A stretch of 64,000 nucleotides of DNA from Desulfurococcaceae archaeon. Lineage in GTDB: Archaea; Thermoproteota; Thermoprotei_A; Sulfolobales; Desulfurococcaceae. Every line of letters begins with the position of its first letter. The stretch's first letter is position 1. The notes beneath the pieces were generated by a model that did no database searches, was not told the DNA's origin, and was given only the letters and a program-made list of their open reading frames with translations. A program made the position numbers and the translations under genes. Positions 26,786-35,870 of this stretch are shown in pieces. The stretch spans positions 1 through 64,000 of the forward strand of contig JAWBAI010000005.1 in assembly GCA_038816475.1 (NCBI GenBank), in the 5' to 3' direction.

Positions 26786-27790
26786 TTGTTGCACATCGAA
26801 CGGCACTGCTCAACGCTGGTTGAACTGCAGGTGAGTTTTGACGTGAAGTGCTACGTTACGTGGAACGAAGGTCTTCAACGTAGAGGTGTTATTAGTGTTG
26901 TTGACTGCGTTCCAGGAGAGCTCGTGGAAGTCGCGGATGTTGATACACTGGCTTACACTGTACGTGGAATTGTGGGAAAAGTCTTTACGGGACTAGAGAG
27001 CTCCAGTGTAACATTTGATTCGAATGAACCCATAGGATCAACTCACATGATCTACAGGTACCACGTGAACATAACTGGTGATAGATACATTGGTGTTCGC
27101 GCTGTAGTCTATGGGAAAACGCTGGTAAGATTGCTCTTCACGGTTCCGAGCGGAGTCGGTGTTGAACTAGGGTTTAAGCCTGAACAGTACACTGCTGAAA
27201 AAGAGCTTGAAGCCGGTGGACCACCTCGGGAAATCACGGTTGCTCCTGGTCAAGTCTACGTGGATTACCCCGTAGTCTACAGTATTTTTGGGCTTCCACA
27301 GGTTGACGTATCCAAGTGGATGTTGTCAATTGAGGGTGAAGTTGATAAACCTTTGAAGTTAAGCCTTCTAGACCTGTATGAAATGGGTTTAGACGAGATC
27401 ATCGTGGATTTCCACTGTGTAACTGGATGGAGCGTTAGAGGACTTGTTTTCACGGGTGTAAAACTGAAGAAGATACTTGAAGCATCGAAGATTAAGCCGT
27501 CAGCTAAGTGGATTTACGTTGAATCTCTGGATGGCTACACAACGGTTTTGCCGATTGAGGAGGCATTCGACGAGAAAGCACTTATAGCGCTGGAGATGAA
27601 CAGGAAGCCTCTTAGTATTCATCACGGATACCCAGCTAGGCTACTAATACCGAGGCTATATGGCTGGAAGAGTGCAAAGTGGGTTTACAAGTTGCATCTG
27701 ATGAGCAAGTACAGAGACGGCTACTGGGAGTCACTTGGTTATCATCCGAGGGGTAGAGTGGACTTAGAGGAGAGGTTTAAGAAAGCGTAG
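26786..27790 (+). CDS. Sulfite-oxidase-like molybdopterin oxidoreductase with an extra N-terminal domain
   Basis: DFHCVTGWS, DGYTT, HGYPARL, YGWKSAKW and GYWESLGYH motifs. Confidence 0.9.
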   Translation: MLHIERHCSTLVELQVSFDVKCYVTWNEGLQRRGVISVVDCVPGELVEVADVDTLAYTVRGIVGKVFTGLESSSVTFDSNEPIGSTHMIYRYHVNITGDRYIGVRAVVYGKTLVRLLFTVPSGVGVELGFKPEQYTAEKELEAGGPPREITVAPGQVYVDYPVVYSIFGLPQVDVSKWMLSIEGEVDKPLKLSLLDLYEMGLDEIIVDFHCVTGWSVRGLVFTGVKLKKILEASKIKPSAKWIYVESLDGYTTVLPIEEAFDEKALIALEMNRKPLSIHHGYPARLLIPRLYGWKSAKWVYKLHLMSKYRDGYWESLGYHPRGRVDLEERFKKA

Positions 27791-27826
27791 AGAGCGAACA
27801 CGCATTTATCGTCCACGGTATTTACC

Positions 27827-29164
27827 ATGAGCACGTGGTTTAAGTCGAGAGCTGACAGCGAAATCCTAGAATCGCTGAAAGTTTCACTACCACTTGTTGT
27901 TGTTCAACTCATTGAATCCATCTACAGTCTAACAGACACGTACTTCGTAGGTGGACTTGGTAGAGAAGCCTTAGCTGGTGTAGGAGTGGCTGGTTACCTT
28001 ACATGGCTTATAGGAGTTCTAATAGCTGTTTTTCAAGCTCCAATAAGCATACTTGCAGCTCAGCTCGTGGGTGCTGATAAGCGTCTGGAGGCTTCAGCTA
28101 CAGCTGGAACAATACTACTGGTTGGTGTAGCGTATTCAGCTCTCATCTCCGCTGTTCTCTACGTGTTTGTTGAAGAACTTGTCTACGTTCAGTCGGGTGC
28201 ATCCGGATTAATGTTCAAGTACGCTGTAGACTACCTTAGAGTAAGAATCCTAGGTTTCACGGTACTTGCGGTAGCAATGATGCTGGACTCCGTAATAGTG
28301 GCTTCAGGGAGAACGAAGTACTCCATGATAGCTCATGCAATTGGTGTACTCCTGAACATAGCGCTAGATCCAATTCTGATCTACGGTTTGTACGGTTTCC
28401 CGAAACTAGAAACAGCGGGTGCGGCTCTAGCAACCGTAGTAGCGAGCACGGTTGCAATACCTGTTCAACTGCTTCTCCTCTCAAAGCTCGATCTTCTACC
28501 AAGGTTCTGCCTTAAGCTGAGTACTGTAAAGCAGGCTCTCTCTCTGGGTGCACCTGTGTTAGCCGAGAGAGCTGTAATGGCATTCGGGAACAACGCATAC
28601 GCGGGAGTAATCTCAAGGCTTGGAGAAGCGGCAATGGCTGCTCACAACATTGGTTTAAGAATAGAGAGCGTAGTGTACATGCCTGGCTTTGCTTTCATGA
28701 TGACTGCATCAACATTGGTTGGTCAAAGAGTTGGCAGAGGAGACCTTGAAGCGGCAAGGAGAATTGGGCTTAAGGTCGTACACCTAGGTTCAACTGTTAT
28801 GGCTGGTCTCGGTTTAATGATCGCTGCCCTCGGCTACTACCTGGTAGCACCGTTTTCACCGGATCACGATGTGAGAGTACTAGCATCAACGTACCTCCTT
28901 CTCGCTGGGTTAAGCGAGCTTGGACTTGGACTAGCCATGGTTTCAAGTGGTGCTATTAGAGGTGGAGGAGAAACGAGACTACCCTTTCTTGTTAACACGG
29001 TATCAATGATCCTCGCCAGAGTAGTACCAGCAGTAGTTCTAGCCAGGGTTCTGGGGGTTGTTGGACCCTGGTTAGCCATGTTCGTTGACGTCTACGTGAG
29101 GGGTTTCACTCTCTACGCTTTGTTCAGGCTGAGGTTCGAGAAGATTGCGAGAAAACTCGCATAG
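27827..29164 (+). CDS. MATE family efflux transporter
   Basis: DTYFVGGLG, NIALDPILIYG and GAALAT motifs; about 12 TM helices. Confidence 0.93.
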   Translation: MSTWFKSRADSEILESLKVSLPLVVVQLIESIYSLTDTYFVGGLGREALAGVGVAGYLTWLIGVLIAVFQAPISILAAQLVGADKRLEASATAGTILLVGVAYSALISAVLYVFVEELVYVQSGASGLMFKYAVDYLRVRILGFTVLAVAMMLDSVIVASGRTKYSMIAHAIGVLLNIALDPILIYGLYGFPKLETAGAALATVVASTVAIPVQLLLLSKLDLLPRFCLKLSTVKQALSLGAPVLAERAVMAFGNNAYAGVISRLGEAAMAAHNIGLRIESVVYMPGFAFMMTASTLVGQRVGRGDLEAARRIGLKVVHLGSTVMAGLGLMIAALGYYLVAPFSPDHDVRVLASTYLLLAGLSELGLGLAMVSSGAIRGGGETRLPFLVNTVSMILARVVPAVVLARVLGVVGPWLAMFVDVYVRGFTLYALFRLRFEKIARKLA

Positions 29165-29165
29165 C

Positions 29166-29831
29166 TTACTCGGTTAGCTCTCTCCATATGTCATCCCTGA
29201 TTCTCCTGTACTTCAAGTAGTACTCGAGTCCATCAGCTAGTAGGGGTTTTCCGTTCACGATGGGATATCTGAAGGGTAAATAAACCTCGCCGTGTTCTGC
29301 TTGCACTGTTACACCATCGACGTAGATGAAACCTTCTGTCCCCTTATGCTTCAGCACGTAGTTCACGTAGAAGACAGCACCATCAATACTGTACTGACCA
29401 TCACCAATATTGAACGATCTAACGCAGGCTGGCACCCTGCTCGTTATGTACTCCCAGGTTCTACCTCGTGGAGGATGGTCACCTAGAATACCTCCAACGA
29501 CGACGTAACCTGCTGAAGCAAGATCCTCGTACGTTAACGACCTCGAAGCCTTTGGGTCCAGAACAATTACCACGCTGGGATCTATGGCTCCAGTTCTAAC
29601 AAGGTCTATTACACTCTCGGATTTCACAAGACCATACTTTGATAGCAACCTGTGGTATCTTGAGGGGACATTTGTATACCAGACGTAGCTTCTACCGTAG
29701 ATCAAAGAGACGTGCCTGTACTCCAGTATAAGCCAAGGTGTAATCTCGGGTTCGCAGTGCTCTACGATTAAAATGGGCTTCCATGGTAAGTCAGCTTCAC
29801 CAGTTAACTGGGCTTTGTTCATTGAAATCAC
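29166..29831 (-). CDS. Sfm1-like SPOUT methyltransferase (COG2428)
   Basis: IVEHCE..W..LEY, VLDP, VVGGILGDHPPRGRT, QYSIDGA and LPFRYP motifs. Confidence 0.85.
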   Translation of the reverse strand: MISMNKAQLTGEADLPWKPILIVEHCEPEITPWLILEYRHVSLIYGRSYVWYTNVPSRYHRLLSKYGLVKSESVIDLVRTGAIDPSVVIVLDPKASRSLTYEDLASAGYVVVGGILGDHPPRGRTWEYITSRVPACVRSFNIGDGQYSIDGAVFYVNYVLKHKGTEGFIYVDGVTVQAEHGEVYLPFRYPIVNGKPLLADGLEYYLKYRRIRDDIWRELTE

Positions 29832-29910
29832 GCACTTGCACCGTTATGTACGAGTAAACCATCCGGTAAACTATTTTTCTTCAGCAATCGAAATCTTAAA
29901 CAGGGGTTAC

Positions 29911-31269
29911 ATGAGTTCTAGTGAGGTGGGTAAACTCGAAGAGTTCATTCTCAAAAAGCTTTCCAAGTACAGAATGCCAAGCCTGGTTATTGCTTTATCT
30001 AAGCGGGGAGAGCTTGTTTACCAGCGTTGCTTTGGGTTTAAAGACGTGGAATCCTCGTTGCCTCCTACTCCGAGAACAAACTACGGTATAGGCTCTGTTA
30101 CCAAAGCTTTCACAGCACTAGCTATTATGCAGTTGCAGGAGAGAGGACTTCTCAGCGTTGATGACCCTGTGAACAAGTACGTGGATATCTTTAAGACTAA
30201 TGAGGTAAGAATACACCATCTACTAACGCACACGTCCGGTATACCCGCGTTAGGCTACGCTGAAGCCTTAATTGACAGCTACTACGAGCTTGGTGGACCA
30301 TGGCTACCCGTATCGAATCCAGATGACGTTCTCGTCTACATGAGAAGCTACGAGTCGTGGATAACCTTCAAACCTGGTGAACGATGGTTCTACCTGAACG
30401 AGGGCTACGTGGTTCTCGGGAAGATCATCGAAAAGGCTACTGGTTTAAAGTACGAGGACTACGTGAAGAAGAACATCCTTGAGCCGATCGGAATGGACAA
30501 GTCTTACTTCACGAGAGAAGAGTATGTAAAGGACCCGGACAAGGCAACACCCTACAAAGTTCAGGACAACAAGCTGGTCAGAGCAGAGCCTGTTTTCGGT
30601 ATTAGTGCTGATGGAGGGCTATTCAGCAACGTTGTTGATTTGCTGAAGTTCACTGATACCTTGATCAACAGGGGTTCACGCTGCGGAGTAAGCATTGTGG
30701 GCAGGGAGAGCGTTGAGCTTATGGAGAAACCGCACGTGAAGCTACCATACGAATCGCCCACGAGCAGGTACTACGGCTACGGACTCATAGTTCACGACGA
30801 CTTCCACGGTAGAAAGCTCGTTGGTCACAGCGGGTCGGTGTACGTTTACACAGCCTACCTGGGCTACCTCCCCAGCGAAGGAGTAGCTGTCGCTGTACTA
30901 TCGAACTCCAGCGGTTATCCACTATCGCTGATCGGAGCGTACGCTTTAACCCTTGAGCTCGGCTACAACCCCGATGAGAAGCTGAACTTCGTTAAGGTTG
31001 AAAAGGTTCTGGAAAGAATCGAGGGGGCATACGCGGGTTACATGAACTCTGTTCAGCTCAGGGTGAAGGCAACAGGTGGTTCACTCTTAATCGAAGATCC
31101 CTACAGGAAAACTCAGATTCCAGCATTCCCCGAGAGGATCGAGGACAACTACGCTCTCTACTACGTGCACGGAGTCACGTACAAACTTCCCGTTGAGTTC
31201 TACATAGATGCCAGTGGAGTAACCATGGTTTACGAGAGGTACGTATTGAGAAAGATAGGTTCTTCCTAG
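29911..31269 (+). CDS. Beta-lactamase-family serine peptidase (Pab87-like)
   Basis: SVTK (SxxK), LLTHTSG, YLN and HSG motifs; ATG 29911 chosen because the longer ORF overlaps the upstream gene. Confidence 0.9.
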   Translation: MSSSEVGKLEEFILKKLSKYRMPSLVIALSKRGELVYQRCFGFKDVESSLPPTPRTNYGIGSVTKAFTALAIMQLQERGLLSVDDPVNKYVDIFKTNEVRIHHLLTHTSGIPALGYAEALIDSYYELGGPWLPVSNPDDVLVYMRSYESWITFKPGERWFYLNEGYVVLGKIIEKATGLKYEDYVKKNILEPIGMDKSYFTREEYVKDPDKATPYKVQDNKLVRAEPVFGISADGGLFSNVVDLLKFTDTLINRGSRCGVSIVGRESVELMEKPHVKLPYESPTSRYYGYGLIVHDDFHGRKLVGHSGSVYVYTAYLGYLPSEGVAVAVLSNSSGYPLSLIGAYALTLELGYNPDEKLNFVKVEKVLERIEGAYAGYMNSVQLRVKATGGSLLIEDPYRKTQIPAFPERIEDNYALYYVHGVTYKLPVEFYIDASGVTMVYERYVLRKIGSS

Positions 31270-31284
31270 TAAGCACAGCCTTTT

Positions 31285-32019
31285 TTACTCTCTGCTAGGC
31301 CTACCCTCGCTCTCCACCATTCTCTTGAGTAGTTCAAGTGCTTCGTACATGTCTTTTACCACCGTTAAACCGGCTACGTTTCTGCAGGCTTCCAATGAAC
31401 CTTTGCTTCGTGCGAGGAGCATGGGCTTCATGCCGGCTAATACAGCTCCTAGTGCGTCTCTAATGCAACTATCACCTATGTGAACAGCCTCCGAGGGTTC
31501 TGCTTGAACAGCTCTCAGTGCTACGTGGAATATGGCGGGGTTAGGCTTCATCAAGCCTAGGTCAGCTGAAGACGCAATGTAGTCAAACATGTTGCATAAA
31601 CCGGCATTGCAGAGGATTCTTTCAACGGCTTTAGCGGAGAAGGAGGTGTTGGTAACAACGACGATCTTTAAACCAGCTCTTCTCGCGAACGTCAGTAGTT
31701 CGCGTGCACCAGGGACGAGAACTGGTGTGTAGACGTATGATGCTTCCTCATACTCCTGAACAGCTTTCTCCACCACCGGGTCATCCGGTCGGTAGCCCAC
31801 CAGCAGTGCGATCATCTTAGCGAAAACCCTTGGTGGAATAACTCCCTTGTACTCTAAAACTCTCTTGTAGACTTCTAGGATATCGCTGAATGTAACTTCT
31901 CCTGATCCACCGAGAGCCCTCTGGAGAGCCTCAAGCTTCATGAGTGTGTATGACTCGAAGGGACCACGTTCTCTGCGTACTATGGTGTCCCAGAGATCGA
32001 TCGATAGAACCCTGATCAA
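31285..32019 (-). CDS. HAD-superfamily hydrolase
   Basis: DLWDT motif I, VTN, KPNP and HIGDS..D motifs. Confidence 0.92.
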   Translation of the reverse strand: MIRVLSIDLWDTIVRRERGPFESYTLMKLEALQRALGGSGEVTFSDILEVYKRVLEYKGVIPPRVFAKMIALLVGYRPDDPVVEKAVQEYEEASYVYTPVLVPGARELLTFARRAGLKIVVVTNTSFSAKAVERILCNAGLCNMFDYIASSADLGLMKPNPAIFHVALRAVQAEPSEAVHIGDSCIRDALGAVLAGMKPMLLARSKGSLEACRNVAGLTVVKDMYEALELLKRMVESEGRPSRE

Positions 32020-32381
32020 GTCTTTACACCCAGGTGTGTGAACACCTCGTGTAGTAGTATAGCCGTTAAAAGCCAGGTAGCGTAGAATGTTCCAAGTCCT
32101 CTAAGGTACAACTGGAAACGGCTCAGAGGCCTGTACTTTACGGCTACGTATATAACTGTCGAATAGTACACCAGGACTGATGCTAGCCACGAGTTGATGG
32201 AAAGGGTAATCGGGTTCACGAAGAACGAGAGTAAAAACACGGATAAACCGAAAACCAGCCCCGTGGTGAACCTTATCAATACGATCTTGTCTTCAACACT
32301 GAGACTACTCCATGATAATTTTATCAAGTGCAGGTCCCTTGGTATTAAGAAGCCAGGATATGAAATAAATACTGGGCGCAT
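32016..32381 (-). CDS. Small 3-TM membrane protein, EMC6-like (start possibly TTG at 32327)
   Basis: Three hydrophobic segments; C-terminal RGLGTFYATWLL resembles the EMC6/Rab5ip pattern. Confidence 0.55.
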   Translation of the reverse strand: MRPVFISYPGFLIPRDLHLIKLSWSSLSVEDKIVLIRFTTGLVFGLSVFLLSFFVNPITLSINSWLASVLVYYSTVIYVAVKYRPLSRFQLYLRGLGTFYATWLLTAILLHEVFTHLGVKT

Positions 32382-32384
32382 GCA

Positions 32385-34391
32385 ATGCTCAAAAAGTCCA
32401 TGGACATAGTAGACGTTTATGCATGGTTTGTTTCAAACGCTGATACGCTCAGAGAGTGCTTTGTGGACAACGCCTACAGGTACAAGTACGCGTGGATGCT
32501 TAAGCTAAGGTGCGCTGGCACAATCAGGCTCCTCAAGATCGAACCCGGTCAACGCGTGCACTTCTCCAGCACAGAGCCAGGTGAGAAAGGAGTGGACAGG
32601 TTTGCTCAGTTCATCAGAGCGCATTTACGTGATGGTAAAGTAGTAGAGCTCAGCATGCCGTGGTGGGAGAGAATACTAGTTATCAACGTTCTGCGTGGCA
32701 AAACCAGGCTCAGAAACTACGTTGAGCTTGTACCAAGGGGGCTCTGGGTTGTAACAAGTACTGATGACAAGGTACTCTACGCTTCGAGGTTCGAGATGTT
32801 CAGGGACAGAGCTGTTAAACCCGGTTTGCACTACAAACCACCACCTCCACGTGGAATACCTCCGTGGGATGAAGCAAAGCTTCTCGAGTCTCTGCTGGAG
32901 GACAGAGAGATGGTCAGGAACATAGTGTACAACTGGGGATTACCCGGCTACGTAGCGGAGGAACTACTCCTGAGAGCAGGACTCTACGAGTATAAGTCGA
33001 AGAGACCAGCAAGTGTAAGTAGAAGCGATCTCGAGAAGATTATTCAGGAGTACAAGGCTCTGCTGAAGGAGTCTGCAGAGGGTAAAGGGTACCTTGTGTA
33101 CGGTTCCCAGGGGATTGAAGCCTACACACCCTACAAGCCGAGACTATTCACGGAGGTTCATGAACTTGAGGTTAAGGAAGTAGCAAAACTCGACGAAGCA
33201 CTAGACATATACTTCTCAGAGCTCGAAGCACAGCAGGAATCGCTCGATAGAGCTAAGCAGCTGGAGAAGGAGCTTGAAGCCTGGAGAAAGCGTCTAATCG
33301 AACACGAGAAGCTTGTGGAGGGGTACAGAAGGGATCTTGAAGACGTAGTTAGAGTTCTCAACTTGATATACGAGAACTACGTGACCTTGGAGAACACTGT
33401 TGAGTGTGCTCGTAAAGCTAGAGCTGAAAGGGGATGGAGTGCTGTGAGAGAATGCGGCGTTGAAAGCTACGATGAAAAAACTGGTTTAATCGTAGTGAGA
33501 GTCTCTGGTGTTGAGCTGAAGTTCAGCGTGAGAGCGGGGTTCGCTGAGCAGGTGGTAGAGCTCGAGAGAAAGCGTGGTGAACTCGAGAAGAAGCTCGAGA
33601 GAGCACGAATCGCTCTGGAGGAGCTGAAGAAGAAGAGCCTGGAGCTGGAGAAGGAGCTTTCCATAAAAGTCTACACTAAGCCCTCACCAAGGTACTGGTA
33701 CGAGAAGTACAGGTGGAGCATTACAAGAAACGGGTTCCTCGTGGTAGCCGGTAGAGATGCTTCACAGAACGAGTCTCTCGTGAGGAAGTACCTCAGAGAT
33801 GACTACTACTTTCTTCACGCAGATATACATGGTGCTCCTGCAACAGTGGTTATCAAGCACTCTGGTGAACCATCGCGTGAAGACCTGGAGGACGCAGCTG
33901 TAATAGCTGCATGCTACTCTAGAGCATGGAAAGCCGGGTTCAGCTACGTAGAAGTCTACTGGGTTCACGGGAAACAGGTTTCCAAAACGCCACCTGCAGG
34001 CGAATACCTTGGTAAAGGAGCTTTTATGGTGTACGGTGAGAGACACTACATCACAGTCCCACTGAGGCTAGGTGTAGGTCTTAGGGTTTTCTGTGACCCT
34101 ACTTACGGAGATTACGTAAAGGTTTTCGCGGGAAATCCGAGCGTTGTAAAAGAAACATCACTATCTTACGTGGTTCTTGTACCCGGCGATGAGGAGTCTA
34201 GCAGAGTCGCCGAGGAGGTTGCAAGACTTCTCTCAGAGCTCGCATCCAGGAAGTCCAAAGTAAGGTTCAACATCAAGGCAGAGCATGTACTCGAAGTTTT
34301 ACCAGGCCCCTCTCGGATCGCAGAGTATGGAGAAGGGCTTGGAGAAGCATTCTGCGAGGAAACCGATAACCGGGAGGAAGCCCTAGAGTAA
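32385..34391 (+). CDS. rqcH: Ribosome quality control factor RqcH/Rqc2 (NEMF/NFACT family)
   Basis: ERIL..VELVPRG, HhH region, coiled coil, WYEKYRW, GRDASQNE, HADIHGAP and VSKTPPAGEYL.KGAFMVYG motifs. Confidence 0.93.
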   Translation: MLKKSMDIVDVYAWFVSNADTLRECFVDNAYRYKYAWMLKLRCAGTIRLLKIEPGQRVHFSSTEPGEKGVDRFAQFIRAHLRDGKVVELSMPWWERILVINVLRGKTRLRNYVELVPRGLWVVTSTDDKVLYASRFEMFRDRAVKPGLHYKPPPPRGIPPWDEAKLLESLLEDREMVRNIVYNWGLPGYVAEELLLRAGLYEYKSKRPASVSRSDLEKIIQEYKALLKESAEGKGYLVYGSQGIEAYTPYKPRLFTEVHELEVKEVAKLDEALDIYFSELEAQQESLDRAKQLEKELEAWRKRLIEHEKLVEGYRRDLEDVVRVLNLIYENYVTLENTVECARKARAERGWSAVRECGVESYDEKTGLIVVRVSGVELKFSVRAGFAEQVVELERKRGELEKKLERARIALEELKKKSLELEKELSIKVYTKPSPRYWYEKYRWSITRNGFLVVAGRDASQNESLVRKYLRDDYYFLHADIHGAPATVVIKHSGEPSREDLEDAAVIAACYSRAWKAGFSYVEVYWVHGKQVSKTPPAGEYLGKGAFMVYGERHYITVPLRLGVGLRVFCDPTYGDYVKVFAGNPSVVKETSLSYVVLVPGDEESSRVAEEVARLLSELASRKSKVRFNIKAEHVLEVLPGPSRIAEYGEGLGEAFCEETDNREEALE

Positions 34392-34631
34392 CATGGCGCT
34401 TCGTAGAGATTGAAGCGTTTACCAGGGTATCTGCACGATTCCTCTCGCCTAGACGAGTTTGCGTAGGATTAACATACAGGGGAACATTTGCAACGTTAAC
34501 CTCTTTGATTACTTTGATTACATCGTTAAAATAATGGCTGAAGGATGCGTAGAGGCCCCTGATTTAAGTTTAAAAACTTTAAATAAAAATCCCCAATAAG
34601 AGAGAACTCGTACAGTTGTGGTGTTTTAGCG

Positions 34632-35870
34632 GTGGGGGTTTCGAGAAACATAGAAGTTGAGCTTTTGAGAATGCAGAGCGTTAGGCATATGCGAGTTGAA
34701 CTTGTTGAGAGAAAGGGTCTAGGGCACCCGGACTACATAGCGGACTCTGCTAGCGAAGCTGCTTCTAGAGCGCTCTGCAAGTATTACCTCAAGGAGTTCG
34801 GTACAATACTGCATCATAACCTTGATAAAACGCTTCTCGTGGGTGGACAAGCTAGTCCTCGGTTTGGTGGCGGTGAAGTGCTTGAACCCATATACATAGT
34901 AGTAGCTGGTAGAGCTGCAACAGAGGTGAGATTAGGGGGAGCAATGTACAGTGTACCCTACGGTAAGCTGATCGTTGAAGCGGTTAAGGACTGGATTAGA
35001 AAGAACTTCAGGTACCTGGATCCGGATACCCACGTAATTGTTGACTACAAGGTTAGAAAAGGTAGTGCTGATCTCGTCGCGGTGTTCGAAGCTGGTAAAG
35101 AAGCTGTACCATTGGCGAACGACACCAGTATGGGTGTTGGTTACGCTCCACTAACTGTTCTCGAGAAGCTCGTTTACGAAACTGAGAGGTTGCTCAACAG
35201 CAAGGAGTTCAAGAAGAAGCATGCAGCTGTAGGAGAAGACGTGAAAGTTATGGGGTTGAGAAGAGACAAGCAAGTAGTACTAACGGTTGCAGCAGCGATC
35301 ATAGACAGAGAGGTTAGAGACAAGTACGAGTACATGAAGGTAAAGGAGGATATCGTTGAAGAAGTTGAAGCCCTTGCTCACAGCATAGCACCAGAGTACG
35401 ATGTCAAGATATACGTAAACACTGCAGATATACCGGAGAGAGACAGCTTCTACTTGACCGTTACAGGGACATCGGCTGAGCACGGAGACGATGGTGCAAC
35501 TGGTAGAGGCAATAGAGCAAACGGTTTAATAACACCTATGAGACCTGTAAGCATCGAGGCAACAGCAGGCAAAAACCCGGTGAACCACGTGGGGAAGATA
35601 TACAACGTCCTCGCAAAGCTCATTGCCGAGAAGGTGTACGCTGAGCACAGCGATCTCTTCGAGGACGTCTACGTTGAGCTTTTGAGTCAAATAGGTAAAC
35701 CCATAGATAAGCCACTGATAGCAAGCGTAAAGCTTGTTCCCAGAGACATGAGCATACTCGAAATACCAGGTCACGTGAAGAGCGATATTACAGGTGTTGT
35801 CGACGAGTTGCTAGCGAATATTAGGAAAACAACGGAACTTGTAATAAACGAGCAGGTATCTCTCTACTGA
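34632..35870 (+). CDS. mat: Archaeal-type S-adenosylmethionine synthetase
   Basis: [34 protein letters not shown] and [10 protein letters not shown] motifs. Confidence 0.97.
   Translation: MGVSRNIEVELLRMQSVRHMRVELVERKGLGHPDYIADSASEAASRALCKYYLKEFGTILHHNLDKTLLVGGQASPRFGGGEVLEPIYIVVAGRAATEVRLGGAMYSVPYGKLIVEAVKDWIRKNFRYLDPDTHVIVDYKVRKGSADLVAVFEAGKEAVPLANDTSMGVGYAPLTVLEKLVYETERLLNSKEFKKKHAAVGEDVKVMGLRRDKQVVLTVAAAIIDREVRDKYEYMKVKEDIVEEVEALAHSIAPEYDVKIYVNTADIPERDSFYLTVTGTSAEHGDDGATGRGNRANGLITPMRPVSIEATAGKNPVNHVGKIYNVLAKLIAEKVYAEHSDLFEDVYVELLSQIGKPIDKPLIASVKLVPRDMSILEIPGHVKSDITGVVDELLANIRKTTELVINEQVSLY

Noticed and set aside
29773-29910. N-terminal extension of the serine peptidase ORF
   Set aside because: It overlaps the divergent SPOUT gene and promoter region; ATG 29911 is the more plausible start.
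32385-34391. Fibronectin-binding adhesin annotation
   Set aside because: This is a legacy name for the family; the motifs match the cytoplasmic RqcH/NEMF ribosome rescue factor and there is no signal peptide.
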